From positions 1 through 6,994 of the forward strand of contig NW_021829107.1 of NCBI RefSeq assembly GCF_006345805.1: a DNA stretch of 6,994 nt, given 5' to 3'. Source of the stretch: Octopus sinensis. Its lineage: Eukaryota. Made by a program: the position numbers and the translations under genes. Numbering within the stretch: the first letter of the stretch is position 1; each line of letters starts with the position of its first letter. Of this stretch, positions 6,470 to 6,994 are shown one piece after another. Under the pieces are notes generated by a model. It was not told the DNA's origin, searched no databases, and worked only from the letters and a program-made list of their open reading frames with translations.

Positions 6470-6720
6470 TGGTAGCTTATTGTAGTGTATTGGTAGTGGT
6501 GTGTGGGTGGTTCTGTTGATAGCGATTATGATAGCAGTGGCGCCGCGTCCATGGTGGTGGTGGTAGCAGTGGTGGTGGTGGTGGTGGTGGTGGTGGTGAT
6601 GGTGGTGGTGGTCGTTGTGGTCGTGGTGGTGGTGGTCGTGGTGGCAGCGATGGAAGGAGTCGTGGTTGGCGATAGTGGTGGTAGTGGTGGGGTTGGTGGG
6701 GTTGGAGATGGAATATTGAC
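6236..6720. repeat. Compound (GGT)/(GAT)/(GTA) trinucleotide tract
   Basis: Perfect (GTA)15 at 6418-6462; long ggtggt runs at ~6550-6650. Confidence 0.93.
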
Positions 6721-6994
6721 TGAGATATGATGTAAGAATGAAGAAATATTTGCAGAGTGAGTGGAGAATGGTGATAAAGTAATATGGAGGTTAAATTGGT
6801 AAATAAAGAGAAAGGATGCATTAAGTTGGAAAGATAGAGAGAATGGTTCGGGTGGGGAGGTTAGATACATTGAAAGTGAAGGGATTGAAAAAGGGGCAAA
6901 GAGAGAAAAAAAAGGAACAGGGACAGGGAGACAAATAATGAATGGAAACGAATGAAAATGAACGAAACAACGAAACGATGAAAAGAAAAGGAAA

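Noticed and set aside
5878-6870. Poly-V, poly-S/G and poly-T/P ORFs resembling mucin or glycine-rich proteins
   Set aside because: They are frames of GGT/GTA triplet repeats open on both strands, with no signal peptide or exon structure.
574-6994. Window-scale inverted repeat (ACC then CT on the left; GGT then GA on the right)
   Set aside because: The block order is not mirrored and no unique sequence is shared, so this is not a true inverted duplication or TIR pair.

Overview
This is repeat-dominated eukaryotic non-coding DNA (intron or intergenic), most likely from a coleoid cephalopod (octopus-like). The taxon call rests on my recall of the interspersed repeats and was not database-checked. 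I can support no protein-coding gene: almost every ORF in the track is a microsatellite read-through, and there are no prokaryotic features, rRNA, true tRNA or CRISPR array. The supportable content is a ~400 bp internally duplicated tRNA-derived SINE (174-571, minus), a 5'-truncated copy of the same superfamily in the opposite orientation (3084-3203, plus), and a TA-flanked ~240 bp repeat (2663-2904) carrying a degenerate minimal type I hammerhead-ribozyme motif of the kind found in Penelope-like elements (2770-2805). There is also a near-perfect 55 bp palindrome (3214-3268) and many simple or compound microsatellites separated by short unique islands. The best leads are the hammerhead-like motif and the 55 bp hairpin. 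I found no convincing evidence of a new multi-gene system.
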